A DNA stretch of 64,000 nucleotides from a virus (lineage: Duplodnaviria > Caudoviricetes). The stretch is from the IMG/VR virus record IMGVR_UViG_3300021979_000003, positions 32,001 to 96,000 of that record, one strand, 5' to 3'. The notes under the pieces were generated by a model. That model did not search any database and was not told the DNA's origin. It worked only from the letters and a program-made list of their open reading frames with translations. Below are positions 63,953-64,000 of the stretch, one piece after another (position 1 is the first letter of the stretch; each line of letters opens with the position of its first letter). The position numbers and the translations under genes were made by a program.

Positions 63953-64000
63953 TTACAGTAAGTCGTAAGCAACCTTAGCAACAGTAACGCCAGATAGATC
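63953..64000 (-). CDS. 3' end of a gene running in from beyond the window
   Basis: ...DLSGVTVAKVAYDLL-TAA-TAG followed by terminator. Confidence 0.55.
   Translation of the reverse strand, partial: DLSGVTVAKVAYDLL

Overview
AT-rich 64 kb segment of a large lytic dsDNA phage, most like T4-related jumbo myophages of the RaK2/GAP32/Atu_ph07 type (inferred from gene content; no search run). It uses the standard genetic code, and no CRISPR array or integrase was seen. About 1-24 kb is a minus-strand accessory block rich in translation-rescue, tRNA-repair and counter-defence genes: T3 SAM-lyase-like protein, Nudix, Pth2, NADAR-like protein, RING/TROVE-like/TerD protein, HD alarmone-hydrolase-like protein, rhomboid, SLOG, Thg1, a degenerate NMNAT-Nudix, cyclic-phosphate receiver and ArfA. 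The same block holds three non-canonical RNAs: an 86-nt D-armless tRNA-like RNA, a 145-nt tRNA-like RNA, and a roughly 340-nt highly structured RNA with its own promoter and terminator. About 24-64 kb holds an M15A endolysin, virion proteins, Acb1, replication and recombination genes (gp41-like helicase, primase, mini DnaE-like protein, UvsW, gp46, gp47, exonuclease), tail fibres and head-associated proteins. UvsW is a fractured gene: it has a cis mini-intein plus a naturally split intein whose halves flank a free-standing NUMOD3/PD-(D/E)xK endonuclease. gp46 carries an Ala1 class-3-type intein. The best candidates for an undescribed system are (i) the structured ncRNA and tRNA-like RNAs alongside a TROVE-like/TerD protein and RNA-repair enzymes, and (ii) the split-intein UvsW locus. 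All family assignments come from motif recognition and need HMM confirmation.
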